Source of the DNA: an uncultured Gammaproteobacteria bacterium
GTDB taxonomy: Bacteria; Pseudomonadota; Gammaproteobacteria; UBA9214
DNA length: 64,000 bases
Assembly (NCBI GenBank): GCA_963827755.1
Contig: CAWHCQ010000017.1
Coordinates: 1 to 64,000 of the forward strand
Direction of reading: 5' to 3'
Shown here in pieces: positions 53,257 to 64,000 of the stretch; the stretch's first letter is position 1, and each line of letters begins with the position of its first letter. Made by a program: the position numbers and the translations under genes. The notes below the pieces were generated by a model that was not told where the DNA came from, did not search any database, and worked only from the letters and a program-made list of their open reading frames with translations.

Positions 53257-55470
53257 CTAATAGGTATCCGCCGGATCAACGTCCACGGACCAGCGCACCC
53301 GGCGGGCCAGTTTGTCCTGTTCCAGCTGGCGCACCAGCCGGCTGAGCAGCAACTGCAGATTACCGCGGCTGTCGGACTGCAGCATCAACTGGGCGCGGAA
53401 ACGCCCGGCGCGGCGTTCCATGGCGGCCGCGACCGGTCCCCATACCTCGATTCGGCCGATGCCGGCTTCCTCGACCTGCGCGCGGACCGATTCGAGGAAA
53501 CGCAGCGGCAGAGCCTCAGCGGTGGCCTCGGCGCGCAGCAGTGCGAGGCTGGTTACAGGGGGCAATCGCGCGGCATGTCGCTCGAGAAGTGCGGCCCGGG
53601 CAAAGGCCGGGTAGCCCTGCCTGACCAGTAATTGCAGCAGCGGGTGATCCGGGTGCCGGGTCTGGATGACGACGTGCCCCGGGCGGTCATGGCGGCCTGC
53701 GCGCCCGGCGACCTGGACGATCAGCTGCGCCATGCGTTCGCTGGCGCGGAAATCGGTGCTGAACAGACCATGATCGGCATCGAGGATGCCAACCAGGGTG
53801 ACATTGGGGAAATGATGGCCCTTGGCAAGCATTTGTGTGCCAAGCAACAGCCGTCCATGGCCACTGCGCGCCTGCTCCAGCAGTTTGTCGAGTTCGCCCT
53901 TGCGGCGGGTGGTGTCGCGGTCGATGCGCAGCAGTTCCACGCCCGGAAAATGTTCGCCCAGTGCCTGCTCGACGCGCTCGGTGCCCTGACCCTGCGGGTG
54001 CAGGTCGCGGCCCTTGCATTCCGGGCAGTGGCTGTCGAGCGGGCGCTGGCTGCCGCAATGGTGACAATGCAGCCGGTTGTCGCGCCGGTGCCAGGTGAGA
54101 TGTGCGTCGCAGCGCCGGCAGTCTGCAATCCAGCCACAGCCGTAACACATGAAGGTGGGCGCATAGCCGCGCCGGTTCAGAAACAGCAGTACCTGTCCCC
54201 CTGCATCCAGGTGGACCCGGATCCGCGCAAGCAGGTCAGCGGAGAGGCCATCTTCCAGTGCCTGTTCACGGACATCGACTATGGCGTACTCCGGCATGCA
54301 CGCGACCCCGGTGCGCTCCGGCAGTGGCAGACGCCGATAGCGCTGTTGTTCAACGTTATACAGGCTCTCCAGCGAGGGGGTGGCCGTGCCGAGCAGGACG
54401 GGGATATTCAGGCGGCGTGCCCGCCACACGGCCAGGTCGCGTGCCGAGTAGCGGAAGCCTTCCTGCTGCTTCAATGACGGGTCGTGCTCTTCATCAACAA
54501 TCAGCAGCCCGGGCCGCGCCAGCGGCGTGAAGATCGCCGAACGGGTGCCGATGACGATAGGTGCGAGGCCGCTGCGTGCGCGCTGCCAGGCATCGAGGCG
54601 TTCGCGCTTGCCGAGCCCGGAGTGCAGCACGGCAAGGGGTACCGCGAAACGTGACTGGAAACGTTTCACCAGTTGCGGGGTCAGGCCGATTTCAGGCACC
54701 AGCAGCAGTGCCTGCCGGCCGCGCGCGAGTACCTGCTCGATGAGCTGTATATAGACCTCGGTCTTGCCGCTGCCGGTGACGCCTTCCAGCAGAAAACCCT
54801 GAAAATGGTCCAGGTGTTCCAGCACCTCGTCAACGGCATGCTGTTGCGCCGGGTTCAGTGAGTGGCCGGGCGAGCAAGGTGCTGCCGTGGCAGTGGACTG
54901 AGTCGGTTCAGCTGGCGCCTGTTGAAAGCTTTCAATCCAGCCCTTGTCGGCCAGGGCGTGCAATACACTGGCCGGGGCATCCAGTGCCGCGCGCTCCATT
55001 CCCTGCGGGTGCCGGTGGAGTTCGGCCAGTACACTGGCCTGGCGCCGCGCGCGCTTCAGGTCGTCGGGGTCGATTCGCCGGCCGGCCTCCGTCAATCGCC
55101 AGACGGTGCTGGCGACAGCAATCGGCGCCTGCCCCTCGCGCAATAATACCGGCAACGCTGCCGCCAGCGCCTCGCCGATCGGGTACTGGTAATAGGCGCT
55201 GGCCCATTGAACCATTTCAAGAATCTCGCCACTGATGACCGGTTCCGAATCAAGAACCTCAAGTGCGGCCTTGAGTTTTTTCGGGTCGACATCGCTGTCT
55301 GCGGGCAGATCGATAAGCACGCCAATGGTCGAGCGGCGACCAAACGGAACGCGCAGGCGCATGCCGGGTTGCAGGCTGGCAAGCGCCGTGTCGGCGGGCG
55401 GCAGGTAGTCAAATTCGCGATATAAGGGTGAAGCAACGGCGACACGCAGCACGCGTTTATCGGTTGCCAT
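53257..55470 (-). CDS. priA: Primosomal protein N' (replication restart helicase)
   Basis: GVTGSGKTE, LVPEIGLTPQ, IVDEEHD, four CxxC zinc motifs, QVAGRAGR, WSVDVDP; likely start ATG 55470. Confidence 0.97.
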   Translation of the reverse strand: MATDKRVLRVAVASPLYREFDYLPPADTALASLQPGMRLRVPFGRRSTIGVLIDLPADSDVDPKKLKAALEVLDSEPVISGEILEMVQWASAYYQYPIGEALAAALPVLLREGQAPIAVASTVWRLTEAGRRIDPDDLKRARRQASVLAELHRHPQGMERAALDAPASVLHALADKGWIESFQQAPAEPTQSTATAAPCSPGHSLNPAQQHAVDEVLEHLDHFQGFLLEGVTGSGKTEVYIQLIEQVLARGRQALLLVPEIGLTPQLVKRFQSRFAVPLAVLHSGLGKRERLDAWQRARSGLAPIVIGTRSAIFTPLARPGLLIVDEEHDPSLKQQEGFRYSARDLAVWRARRLNIPVLLGTATPSLESLYNVEQQRYRRLPLPERTGVACMPEYAIVDVREQALEDGLSADLLARIRVHLDAGGQVLLFLNRRGYAPTFMCYGCGWIADCRRCDAHLTWHRRDNRLHCHHCGSQRPLDSHCPECKGRDLHPQGQGTERVEQALGEHFPGVELLRIDRDTTRRKGELDKLLEQARSGHGRLLLGTQMLAKGHHFPNVTLVGILDADHGLFSTDFRASERMAQLIVQVAGRAGRHDRPGHVVIQTRHPDHPLLQLLVRQGYPAFARAALLERHAARLPPVTSLALLRAEATAEALPLRFLESVRAQVEEAGIGRIEVWGPVAAAMERRAGRFRAQLMLQSDSRGNLQLLLSRLVRQLEQDKLARRVRWSVDVDPADTY

Positions 55471-55575
55471 CGAGACGTTCCGTATTGCCCCGAAAAGGGT
55501 TGAATTTAGGGTGCATGGCTGAGAGTCTTTGTTACCAAGTGAAGCTAACTCCTTCATCTGACTGGGGCCGCTTTT

Positions 55576-55610
55576 TTATCCACAAACTCTGTGGATAACT
55601 CTGTGGATGA
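55576..55610. promoter_or_regulatory. DnaA-box trio with DARS-core spacing
   Basis: TTATCCACA-5bp-TGTGGATAA-3bp-TGTGGATGA; extra box TGTGAATAA at 55781-55789; AT-rich tract between them. Confidence 0.75.
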
Positions 55611-56141
55611 ATGCCGTTATCGTGTTTTTTATGCCTATTTTTCCAGCATGAGCGTTAAATTGAACACATTTTATCCCTTGGAAAAATTCCATTTAAAAAC
55701 AATAACTAACAGTTAATTATAAGTTTCTTATATACTATTGTTGGCCGGTTTGTTGCGCGAAAACATCGCATCCCCTTGACTGTGAATAAGCGTGTCTGCC
55801 TGGAGCCGGTCAAGCTTGCCTCTGCAACCCCTGTTTTTACTGGTTAAAGTTATTAAACGCCGCATTTTTGCCCTGTTTTGGACCACGGATTTCAGGCTCA
55901 TGCATGATAGCACCGCAGGCTCGCAAACCGTGTCAAGCATTCGCCGCCAGGCGCTTGGACCGGCGTTCAGGGCGTGGTCCGAAAGGCTGCCAAATAACGG
56001 ATCAATAAACTGGAGATGAAATCATGATCAGTCGTGGGAGCGCAGCAGGTTTTTCGACGAGGTGAGAGCCAGTGAGTGACCCTGTGATCATGCCCCGGGC
56101 CAGCGCCTTTTCAAGCGTTCGGACGCTGCCCCGCCCGCGGT

Positions 56142-57522
56142 TTAAAGCGCCTTGATGGCGTGGATCAGTTCACCTGCCATCGCCTGGCCGTCGCCGTAGA
56201 GCATGCGGGTGTTATCGGCGAAGAACAGGGCGTTTTCGACGCCCGAGAAGCCCTTGCCCTGGCCGCGCTTGATGACGATGACATTGTCCGCGTAGTCGGC
56301 ATTGAGGATCGGCATGCCGTAGATCGGGCTCTCGGGGTTGCTGCGGGCCGAGGGATTGACCACGTCGTTGGCGCCGATCACCAGTGCCACATCGGCCTGG
56401 GCAAATTCGGCATTGATCTCGTCGAGGTCGTAGAGACGGTCATACGGCACGTCCGCTTCCGCCAGCAGCACGTTCATGTGCCCCGGCATGCGCCCGGCCA
56501 CCGGGTGGATGGCAAATTTCACATCGACGCCGCGCGAGAGCAACTGTTCCATGAGTTCCTTGATCTTGTGCTGCGCCTGGGCGACGGCCATGCCGTAGCC
56601 GGGAATGATGATGACCTTCTTGGCGTAGGCCATCATGATGCCGGCATCCGCGGCTTCAATCGGCTTCATGCTGCCTTCCACCGCTTCTTCCCGCACCATC
56701 GCCGCCGGCGCCGAAGGAGCTGAACAATACGTTGCCGATCGAGCGGTTCATGGCGCGGGCCATCAACTGGGTCAGCAGGGTGCCGGCGGAACCCACCACC
56801 GTGCCGGCAATGATCATGGCGGCATTGCCGAGCACGAAGCCCTCGAAGGCCACGGCCAGCCCGGTCAGGGCGTTGAACAGGGAGATGACCACCGGCATGT
56901 CGGCGCCGCCGATCGGCAGGGCCATGAAGATGCCGTAGGCCAGGGCCAGCACGAAAAAGGCAAGGATGACCGTGCCGGAAAAATCAGCGCCGAAGAGCAG
57001 TATCCCGCCAAGGGCGACGGCGCCGACAAATACGCCGATGTTGAAGATTTGCTGGCCCGGAAAGCGTACTGGTCGGTTCATCCAGCCCTGCAGCTTGGCA
57101 AAGGCAATCAGCGATCCCGAGAAGGAGATCGAGCCGATCAGGCCGCCGAGTATTGCCAGGGTCAGGAAGGTGGTGGAGTGAAACTCGCCGCCCAGCAGTT
57201 CCATTGCGGCAATGGTGCCGGCGGCGCCACCACCCATGCCGTTATAGAGTGCAATCATTTGCGGCATGTCGGTCATGGCGACCTTCTTGCCGGACCAGAA
57301 GGCCAGTCCGCCGCCGATGGCGATGGCGACGGTCATCAGCAGGTAGTTCTCCATGCCCGGGTAGAAGAAGGTGATCAGCGTGGCGACCAGCATGCCGACA
57401 CCGGCCCAGACGATGCCGCCGCGCGCCGTGACCGGCGAACTCATGCGCCGCAGGCCGACGATAAACAGGATGGCCGCGATGAAGTAACTGATTTCGATAA
57501 TGTTATCGATAATGTTCTCCAT
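56142..57522 (-). CDS. pntB: NAD(P) transhydrogenase beta subunit; frameshift near 56700
   Basis: MTDMPQMIALYNG, PIGGADMPVVIS, AMNRS, PGYGMAVAQAQ, IHPVAGRMPGHMNVLLAEA. Confidence 0.96.
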
Positions 57523-57812
57523 CAGTTTTTCCCCTTGCTGCTCTTGAACATCTCGAGCATGCGCTCCGTGACCACGTAGCCACCCACGGCGTTGCCGGCG
57601 GCGAGCATGACCCCGACGAAACCGATGACCAGTTCAAGCGTGCCGTGGGCATGCCCCATCGCGACCATGGAACCGACCAGCACGATGCCGTGGATGAAGT
57701 TCGAACCGGACATCAGCGGGGTATGCAGGATGACCGGTACGCGGCCAATCACCTCGTAGCCGGTGAAAGCGGCCAGCATGAAGATATAAAGTGCGGTGAT
57801 GCCTTCGATCAT
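57522..57812 (-). CDS. pntA: NAD(P) transhydrogenase alpha subunit, part 2 (membrane)
   Basis: LHTPLMSGSN, GGYVVTERMLEMF; ATG overlaps upstream TGA. Confidence 0.93.
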   Translation of the reverse strand: MIEGITALYIFMLAAFTGYEVIGRVPVILHTPLMSGSNFIHGIVLVGSMVAMGHAHGTLELVIGFVGVMLAAGNAVGGYVVTERMLEMFKSSKGKN

Positions 57813-58940
57813 GAGGCCTCCTCCAGCCGTTTCCGGGTCTGTTCATGGCGGATTTCGCCGCCGTGGGTGACAACACTGGCCGAGAAGATCTCGTCATCCC
57901 AGTCCGGTTCGAGCCTTGCCTTCCTTGATCAGCAGATCCAGGAAGTTGGACAGGTTTTTTGCATACATTTCACTGGCATGCACCGCCAGCAGGGCCGGTA
58001 CATTCAGCGGGCCGTCGATGATTACACGGTTATGGGTAATGCATTCACCGGGTTTTGTCAGTTCGCAATTGCCGCCACTTTCCGCGGCCAGGTCAATAAT
58101 GACGGCACCCGCCTTCATGGCATCGACCATGGCCGCGTCGATGATGCGCGGCGCCGGCCTGCCCGGCACGGCAGCCGTGGAAATGACGACATCGGCCGCG
58201 GCAACATGTTTGGCGAGTACGGCGACCTGCTGCTGTTTTTCCTCGTCCGTGAGTTCGCGGGCATAGCCGCCGCTGCCCTCGGCCTTGACATCGATCTCGA
58301 CGAACTTTGCGCCTAATGACTCCACCTGTTCACGGGTTTCGGGGCGGACATCGTAGGCCTCGACAATGGCGCCGAGGCGTCTTGCCGTGGCGATCGCCTG
58401 CAGGCCGGCAACGCCGACACCGATTATCAGTACCTTCGACGGGCGGATGGTGCCTGCGGCGGTGGTCAACATGGGGAAGAAACGCGCACTGCGGCTGGCG
58501 GCCATCAGAGCCGCCTTGTAACCGGCAATCGACGCCTGCGACGACAGCGCATCCATGTTTTGTGCGCGGGAGATGCGCGGAATCAGCTCCATGGCGAAAC
58601 TGGTGATGTTGCGCTCGCGCAGCAGGGCGATGCGCTCCGTTGATTCGTGTGGCAGCAGGAAGCCGAGGACGATGCTGCCTTCGCGCAGCAGGGCGATATC
58701 CTCGTTTGCCAGCGGCTGGACACTGAGGACAATGTCGGCCTTGCCTAACAGCTCAGCCCGGTCTGCAATGATTTTGGCCGAGGCATAGTCTGTGTCCTGA
58801 AAGAAGGCACCCTCACCGGCGCCGGCCTCCAGCAGGACCTCGATACCGGGTGCAGCGAGTCGCTCGACGATCTGGGGGACCAGCGCAACCCGGTGTTCAC
58901 CGGGTCGGGTTTCTCTGGGCACGGCAACGCATATCGGCAT
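57809..58940 (-). CDS. pntA: NAD(P) transhydrogenase alpha subunit, part 1 (NAD-binding); frameshift near 57915
   Basis: GEHRVALVP, PRISRAQNMDALSSQ, TTAAGT, GVGVAGLQAI, DLAAESGGNC. Confidence 0.95.
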
Positions 58941-59329
58941 AAGGACCTCCGGATGCGACTTGTCGTGCTGTTAGCCCGGGGCAAGTAACATGAATAAGTT
59001 GATTTTTAACAGGTAAACGGGGTGTTGGCGCGCGTGCTTACCCGTCCAGCAAGGCGCGATGTTAGCAGGCATTAATAGAGGAATACAATACATCTGAAGA
59101 TTAATTCAAACGGCTTGTGCGCATGCCGGCAGTGCCCGATACCGATGGTTGGTATCGATCGGGGAATCATGCTGTATTGGCGTGGTTGAGCGCTGGCAGA
59201 GGCGGGCAGCGGCCCCTTCTGGTGTGTGTTTTCCGGGCGTGATAATCTATGAAGCATTGCAGTAGTGCTGTTGTAGTGTTGCATTTAGCGGGTTACCGGT
59301 CATTCCAGTGAGCCGGCGAACCCACGAGA

Positions 59330-59956
59330 GTGGCAATGATGGATTTGAATCACCAGGTATTGAGAACGGACATTTCAGGGATGCCGCTCGAATGGGTGGG
59401 CTACCAGGATGCAGTGCGTCTCTATCACCTCGAGCAGGTGGCCTATAGCTGCGGCAGCCTGCTTTACCGGGTGCACGGAGGTATCTGCGCCCTGACGGGC
59501 CGGCAGAGCATCATCGAAGTCAATTCCATTATCGCTACCCACGGGCACAATCATGCGCTGACCAAACTGGGTGAGCGTTACGTTCCCCCCCTTAACAACC
59601 CGGCACTGTTCAGGCGCGATTCGCGTGTCTGTCTTTACTGCGGTGTTGCTTTTCCCACGCGCGACTTGTCGCGTGACCATGTCACGCCGATTTCCCGGGG
59701 CGGGCTGGATGTCTGGGGCAATGTGGTGACAGCCTGCCGGCGTTGTAACAATCACAAGGCCGGGCACACCCCGGAGCAAGCCGGGATGCAACTGCTGGCT
59801 GTGCCGTTCGTGCCGACCCATGCCGAGTACATTTATCTGCAGGGCCGCCGTGTGCTGGCAGACCAGATGGAATTCCTGCGCGCACATTTCCCGCGCAGCA
59901 GCCCGCTGCGCCGGCGTCTCGCGCGCACTGCCGGAAAGAGTGCACCCGGTCAGTAA
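59330..59956 (+). CDS. HNH endonuclease (McrA-like, zinc-binding)
   Basis: LFRRD..CLYCG, SRDHVTPISRGG, WGNVVTACRRCNNHKA. Confidence 0.9.
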   Translation: MAMMDLNHQVLRTDISGMPLEWVGYQDAVRLYHLEQVAYSCGSLLYRVHGGICALTGRQSIIEVNSIIATHGHNHALTKLGERYVPPLNNPALFRRDSRVCLYCGVAFPTRDLSRDHVTPISRGGLDVWGNVVTACRRCNNHKAGHTPEQAGMQLLAVPFVPTHAEYIYLQGRRVLADQMEFLRAHFPRSSPLRRRLARTAGKSAPGQ

Positions 59957-59961
59957 ATCAA

Positions 59962-60858
59962 GTGGCCGACAACAAGCGCTGCGTCTATTTGATCGACGCC
60001 AGTATCTATATATTCCGCGCGTACTATTCGGTTCCGGATACCCTCACCAATAATGACGGACAGCTGATCAATGCGCTGCACGGTTTTGCCGGGTTTCTTG
60101 CCGAGTTCCTGGAAAAGGCAAGGCCGGAGCATGTTGCGGTGGCCTTTGACGAGAGCCTGACGACATCTTTCCGCAATGAAATCTATTCAGGCTACAAGGC
60201 CAACCGGGAGTCACCGCCCGAAGAACTCAGCCTGCAGTTCGGCTTTTGCCGCTCGCTGGTACAGACGCTGGGGCTGGCGGATTATTCCAGTGAGCACTAC
60301 GAGGCCGATGACCTGATCGGAACGCTGGCACAGCGCCTGCGTGAACAGGGATTCTCGGTCGTGATACTGAGCGCCGACAAGGACCTGGCGCAGTTGCTTG
60401 AAGAAGGCGATATATTATGGGACTTTGCGCGCAACCGTAAACACGGCTATGCAGGCGTGCACGACTGGCTCGGCGTGCATGCCGGCCAGGTAGCCGACTG
60501 GCTGGCGCTGGCGGGTGACAGCGTCGACAACATACCGGGTGTCCCCGGCATCGGCGCAAAGACGGCAGCAGCACTGCTGGCGCAGTTCAGTTCGCTGCAG
60601 GAGATATACGAGCGCATCGACGCGGTTGCCGATCTCGAAATACGCGGCGCCGCGCGGGTGCAGCGCCTGCTGCTGGAGCATAAAGAGGCCGCCCTGCTGG
60701 CGCGCCGCCTGACCGGCATCGTGACGGATGCTGATATACAGGGCGATGCGCAGCATGTGTTGCGCCGCAGCGTCCGTGCCGATGAGCTTGCAAGCGTCTG
60801 CGACCGGCTGGGACTCGGCCGAATGACGCAAGCGCGCCTGTTGCGGTTGTCGGGCTAG
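59962..60858 (+). CDS. Stand-alone 5'-3' exonuclease / flap endonuclease (Xni/YgdG-like)
   Basis: YLIDASIYIFRAYY, YKANR, EADDLIGTL, DKDLAQL, LAGDSVDNIPGVPGIGAKTA. Confidence 0.9.
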   Translation: MADNKRCVYLIDASIYIFRAYYSVPDTLTNNDGQLINALHGFAGFLAEFLEKARPEHVAVAFDESLTTSFRNEIYSGYKANRESPPEELSLQFGFCRSLVQTLGLADYSSEHYEADDLIGTLAQRLREQGFSVVILSADKDLAQLLEEGDILWDFARNRKHGYAGVHDWLGVHAGQVADWLALAGDSVDNIPGVPGIGAKTAAALLAQFSSLQEIYERIDAVADLEIRGAARVQRLLLEHKEAALLARRLTGIVTDADIQGDAQHVLRRSVRADELASVCDRLGLGRMTQARLLRLSG

Positions 60859-60867
60859 GGCGATGTC

Positions 60868-61804
60868 GTGTCCTTTGTGGAAAATCAGAATATGACAATC
60901 TGGAAAACCATCCAGGCCGATATAGAAAACACGACCGGCGCAAGGGCCTCGCTGGATCAGCAGGGTTCGGTCGGTGGCGGCTGCATCAACCGGGCCGTGC
61001 GGGTGCGCTACGGCGATACGGGCTATTTCGTCAAGCTCAACAGCGCGAGCAGGCTGGAGATGTTCGCGGCCGAGGCCGAGGGTCTGCTGGAACTGGCGCG
61101 CAGCAAAACCCTGCGGGTGCCCGTGCCAGTCTGCCGGGGTGATGACGGCGATACGGCCTACCTGGTGATGGAAGACCTGCAACTGGGCGGGCAGGGTGAT
61201 CCTGCAGCACTGGCCGACGGACTGGCGAACCTGCACCGGGTGACGCGTGACCGCTTTGGCTGGTCCAGGAACAACACCATTGGTGCGACACTGCAGGTCA
61301 ATACCGAGACGGATGACTGGGTTGATTTCTGGCGGCAGCAGCGCCTGCAGTTTCAGCTCGAACTGGCGGCCGGCCACGGGCATGGCGGTCGCCTGCAGTC
61401 ACAGGGGGAGCGCCTGCTGGATGTCTTGCCGCAGTTGTTTTCAGCTTATTCCCCGCAGGCCTCGCTGTTGCACGGTGACCTGTGGGGCGGGAACTATGCC
61501 TATAGCCGGGACGGCGAGCCGGTGATCTTTGATCCCGCCGTGTACTACGGCGACCGCGAGGCGGACCTCGCCATGACGGAACTGTTCGGCGGGTTCAGTG
61601 GTGAATTCTATTCGGCCTATCGAAGACCAGCTGCCGCTGGATGACGGCTACCCGGTGCGCAAGACGCTCTATAATCTGTACCACGTATTGAATCACCTGA
61701 ATATGTTCGGCGGTGGTTACCTTTCACAGGCGCAGGGTATGCTTGATTCATTGCTGAGTGAGCTGAACTGGATAACTTCTGATGGCACCGGTCAGGACTG
61801 CTAG
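60868..61804 (+). CDS. Fructosamine kinase family protein; frameshift near 61620
   Basis: GGGCIN, YFVKLN, MFAAEAEGL, LLHGDLWGGN, FDPAVYYGDREADLAMTELFGGF, LYNLYHVLNHLNMFG. Confidence 0.92.
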
Positions 61805-61805
61805 A

Positions 61806-62366
61806 ATGAATCACATGGGTTTGCGATTTATATTCCCGCTGCTGGTCGCGCTGTCGTTACTGGCAGGCTGCAGGGCCGGCCTGCAGGTGGAGGCCGGGCA
61901 GTCATTGTTTCACGCATTGCCCGGCAGTGAATTTATTCTGCGCGCGGATATCGTTATTCCGCCCGGCCGGTTACGTGCCAGCTTTCAGGGTGGAAAATTA
62001 TTAAACGGTGCCAGCGAATTCGAGCCGCGTTGTGAACTTGAACTCCGAAACTTCAGTGAAGAGCCGCAAACTATCCCTGCAGGTACTTACAGGATTGACA
62101 GGGTCCGTGGCCTGGACCGTTACGTCAGTCGTCCGGACGAAAAGATCCTGCTGGCTGCGGCGGAGGTGCTGCAACTGGCCTCTGATGCAGGAGACTCGCA
62201 ATGGTACATGCGTACCTACCATATGACCCTGCAATCGGAAATGCAGGCCGATGCGCCAGTGCTGGTTTGTGGCGGCGCCTATAATTACGCATTTGACGTC
62301 CGCTATCCCACGCTGTCGGAAATGCTTGTTGCGCTGGGTGATTACGCCGTACTCAGGCTGCGCTGA
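61806..62366 (+). CDS. Putative lipoprotein
   Basis: Lipobox LLAGC after hydrophobic leader; two further Cys. Confidence 0.7.
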   Translation: MNHMGLRFIFPLLVALSLLAGCRAGLQVEAGQSLFHALPGSEFILRADIVIPPGRLRASFQGGKLLNGASEFEPRCELELRNFSEEPQTIPAGTYRIDRVRGLDRYVSRPDEKILLAAAEVLQLASDAGDSQWYMRTYHMTLQSEMQADAPVLVCGGAYNYAFDVRYPTLSEMLVALGDYAVLRLR

Positions 62367-62396
62367 CCGTCTGCCCTCTGTGCAGGAGCCCGGCGC

Positions 62397-63461
62397 TCAG
62401 TCGTGGTATTGCCTGCTGAGCTGGTGAACGGCACTGATCATGGCGCCAACGTGTTCCGGATTGACGTCGGGGTTGATGCCATGGCCAAGGTTGAATACAT
62501 GGCCGGTGCCGGCGCCATACTGTTTCAATACCGCGCCGACCTTTTCGTGAATAATTTCCGGCGCCGCATACAGGGTAGCAGGGTCGAGATTGCCCTGTAA
62601 CGCGACCCGGTCACCAACCCGCTTGCGCGCCATGGCCAGGTCGGTTGACCAGTCAATGCCAAGTGCATCGACACCGGTGTCGGCCATCGCCTCCAGCCAC
62701 TGGCAGCCGCCCTTGGTAAACATAATGACCGGAACCTTCACACCCTCGTGTTCACGCTTAAGGCCGTCGACAATCTGTTGCATGTAGCGTAGCGAGAATT
62801 CGGCGTAGTCCTCGGGGGTGAGGATACCGCCCCAGGTGTCGAAGATCATCACGGTCTGCGCACCGGCGGCAATCTGTGCATTCAGGTATGCCGTCACCGA
62901 CTCTGCCAGGATGTTCAGCAAACGATGCATTAACGCCGGTTCGTTGTAGAGCATGCCCTTGACGCGCGAGTAGGTCTTCGACGCACTGCCCTCGACCATG
63001 TAGGTCGACAGCGTCCAGGGACTGCCCGAAAAACCGATCAGCGGAACGCGGTTGTTAAGCTCTTTCCGGATCAGGCGCACGGCATCCATCACGTAACGCA
63101 ATTCGTTTTCCGGATCCGGGACGCCAAGCGCCTTGATGTCGGCGGCCGTGCGCACCGGCTTGTGGAACCGCGGGCCTTCGCCTTCTGCAAAATACAGCCC
63201 GAGTCCCATGGCGTCCGGAATGGTGAGGATGTCCGAGAACAGGATGGCCGCGTCCAGCGGAAAGCGCTCGATCGGCTGCAGGGTGACTTCGCAGGCCAGT
63301 TCAGGGTTGGTGCACAGGTCCATGAAGCTGCCGGCCTGTTTGCGAATCTTGCGGTATTCCGGCAGGTAGCGGCCGGCCTGGCGCATCATCCATACGGGAG
63401 TGACGTCGACGGGCTGGCGCAGCAGCGCGCGGATGAAGCGGTCATTTTTTAGTGGTGGCAT
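62397..63461 (-). CDS. hemE: Uroporphyrinogen decarboxylase
   Basis: [42 protein letters not shown]. Confidence 0.98.
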   Translation of the reverse strand: MPPLKNDRFIRALLRQPVDVTPVWMMRQAGRYLPEYRKIRKQAGSFMDLCTNPELACEVTLQPIERFPLDAAILFSDILTIPDAMGLGLYFAEGEGPRFHKPVRTAADIKALGVPDPENELRYVMDAVRLIRKELNNRVPLIGFSGSPWTLSTYMVEGSASKTYSRVKGMLYNEPALMHRLLNILAESVTAYLNAQIAAGAQTVMIFDTWGGILTPEDYAEFSLRYMQQIVDGLKREHEGVKVPVIMFTKGGCQWLEAMADTGVDALGIDWSTDLAMARKRVGDRVALQGNLDPATLYAAPEIIHEKVGAVLKQYGAGTGHVFNLGHGINPDVNPEHVGAMISAVHQLSRQYHD

Positions 63462-63535
63462 TGGGGTATTGTAAGCGGGGATGGTGTTTTGCGTAACTAG
63501 TTTTCAGTTTTTTGGGTTTTGTTTCGCCCTGACCG

Positions 63536-64000
63536 GGCGAGGCACCTTTCTCCGCTCCGCCGATTTGGTAGAAGCGCCTTGCAGGCGCTGGTTTTATTTT
63601 ATGCGGGCTCTCGCGCCCGCGCGGCGAGATACTTTTCTTTGCTCCGCCAAAGAAACGTATCCAAAAGAAAGGCGGCCCGAAGGTGCAGCCCGAATACTCA
63701 TTTTCAATGAGTATTCGGGTTCCCTGCGCTTCTCGCGAAAACCGGCGCATGCGCAACTCGCAATCTCGCTGCGCTCGAAAGCTCAGACAGGGCGCATGCT
63801 TCATCCGGTTTTCACTGCGATGCTCGGCTGCGCCTACGGGAAGGTAGGTCAACTCCCACATACTCACGGATTGGGGGTAGATTTACCCACCCGTAGCACT
63901 CACCGAGTACCGCAGCCAATCCGGGGAATAGCCGCGCACCCTGTCTGAGCTTTCGAGCGCAGCGAGATTGCGAGTTGTGCGCGGCCCCCGGATTGGCGAG
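63536..64000. repeat. Second copy of the large paired structured repeat (extra subunit, arm A 63573-63857, inverted arm B from 63873, cut by window end)
   Basis: 63573-63840 nearly identical to 39738-40004; 63891-64000 identical to 40141-40250; no nested REP doublet here. Confidence 0.9.

Noticed and set aside
55576-55800. Replication origin oriC
   Set aside because: Few boxes, no evident 13-mer/GATC cluster and no dnaA, gidA or rpmH nearby; DARS-like reading preferred but unproven
55728-56019. Short ORFs in the priA-pntB intergenic region
   Set aside because: No motifs or clear RBS; region better explained as regulatory DNA
57809-57812. Split pntA as another sequencing frameshift
   Set aside because: ATGA stop/start overlap with GGAGG RBS; the three-gene transhydrogenase form is well known
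59330-59956. IscB/Cas9-like RNA-guided nuclease
   Set aside because: Only 208 aa, no RuvC or PLMP motifs, no adjacent array or evident guide RNA

Overview
Chromosomal window of a GC-rich, free-living gammaproteobacterium (Chromatiales-like gene content; lineage is an inference). Many genes, including housekeeping ones (sucA, sucB, lpdA, pntA/B, amt), are split by single-base frameshifts, most likely long-read indel errors, so split ORFs are merged here into single calls. Left to right: (1) a >9 kb LEPR-XLL/DUF4347 giant adhesin downstream of a GAF-HlyD / M50 peptidase-HlyD / short SecA / membrane-fusion-protein export cluster; (2) sucA-sucB-lpdA; (3) divergent sigma54 promoters with NtrC-type boxes driving an ATP-grasp + isoaspartyl peptidase pair and, opposite, three tiny ORFs; (4) a BaeSR-like two-component system divergent from a small Cys-rich secreted protein and an animal-type heme peroxidase, followed by a LolA-like/outer-membrane pair; (5) comM, a RAYT transposase flanked by GTAG REPs, ubiK; (6) NtrC/sigma54 TorF-porin-glnK-amt-glnK-amtB; (7) a large paired structured repeat (39.7-40.5 kb, second copy at 63.5-64 kb) whose two arms show extensive compensatory base changes; (8) CDGSH protein, fetAB, then a co-oriented string of unrelated short genes with decayed attC-like spacers; (9) SPOR-argS-priA with a DARS-like DnaA-box trio, pntAB, HNH, 5'-3' exonuclease, fructosamine kinase, hemE. 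Best candidates for undescribed biology: the giant covarying REPIN-like doublet, the nitrogen-regulated ATP-grasp/isoaspartyl peptidase locus, and the SecA/M50-dependent adhesin export system.
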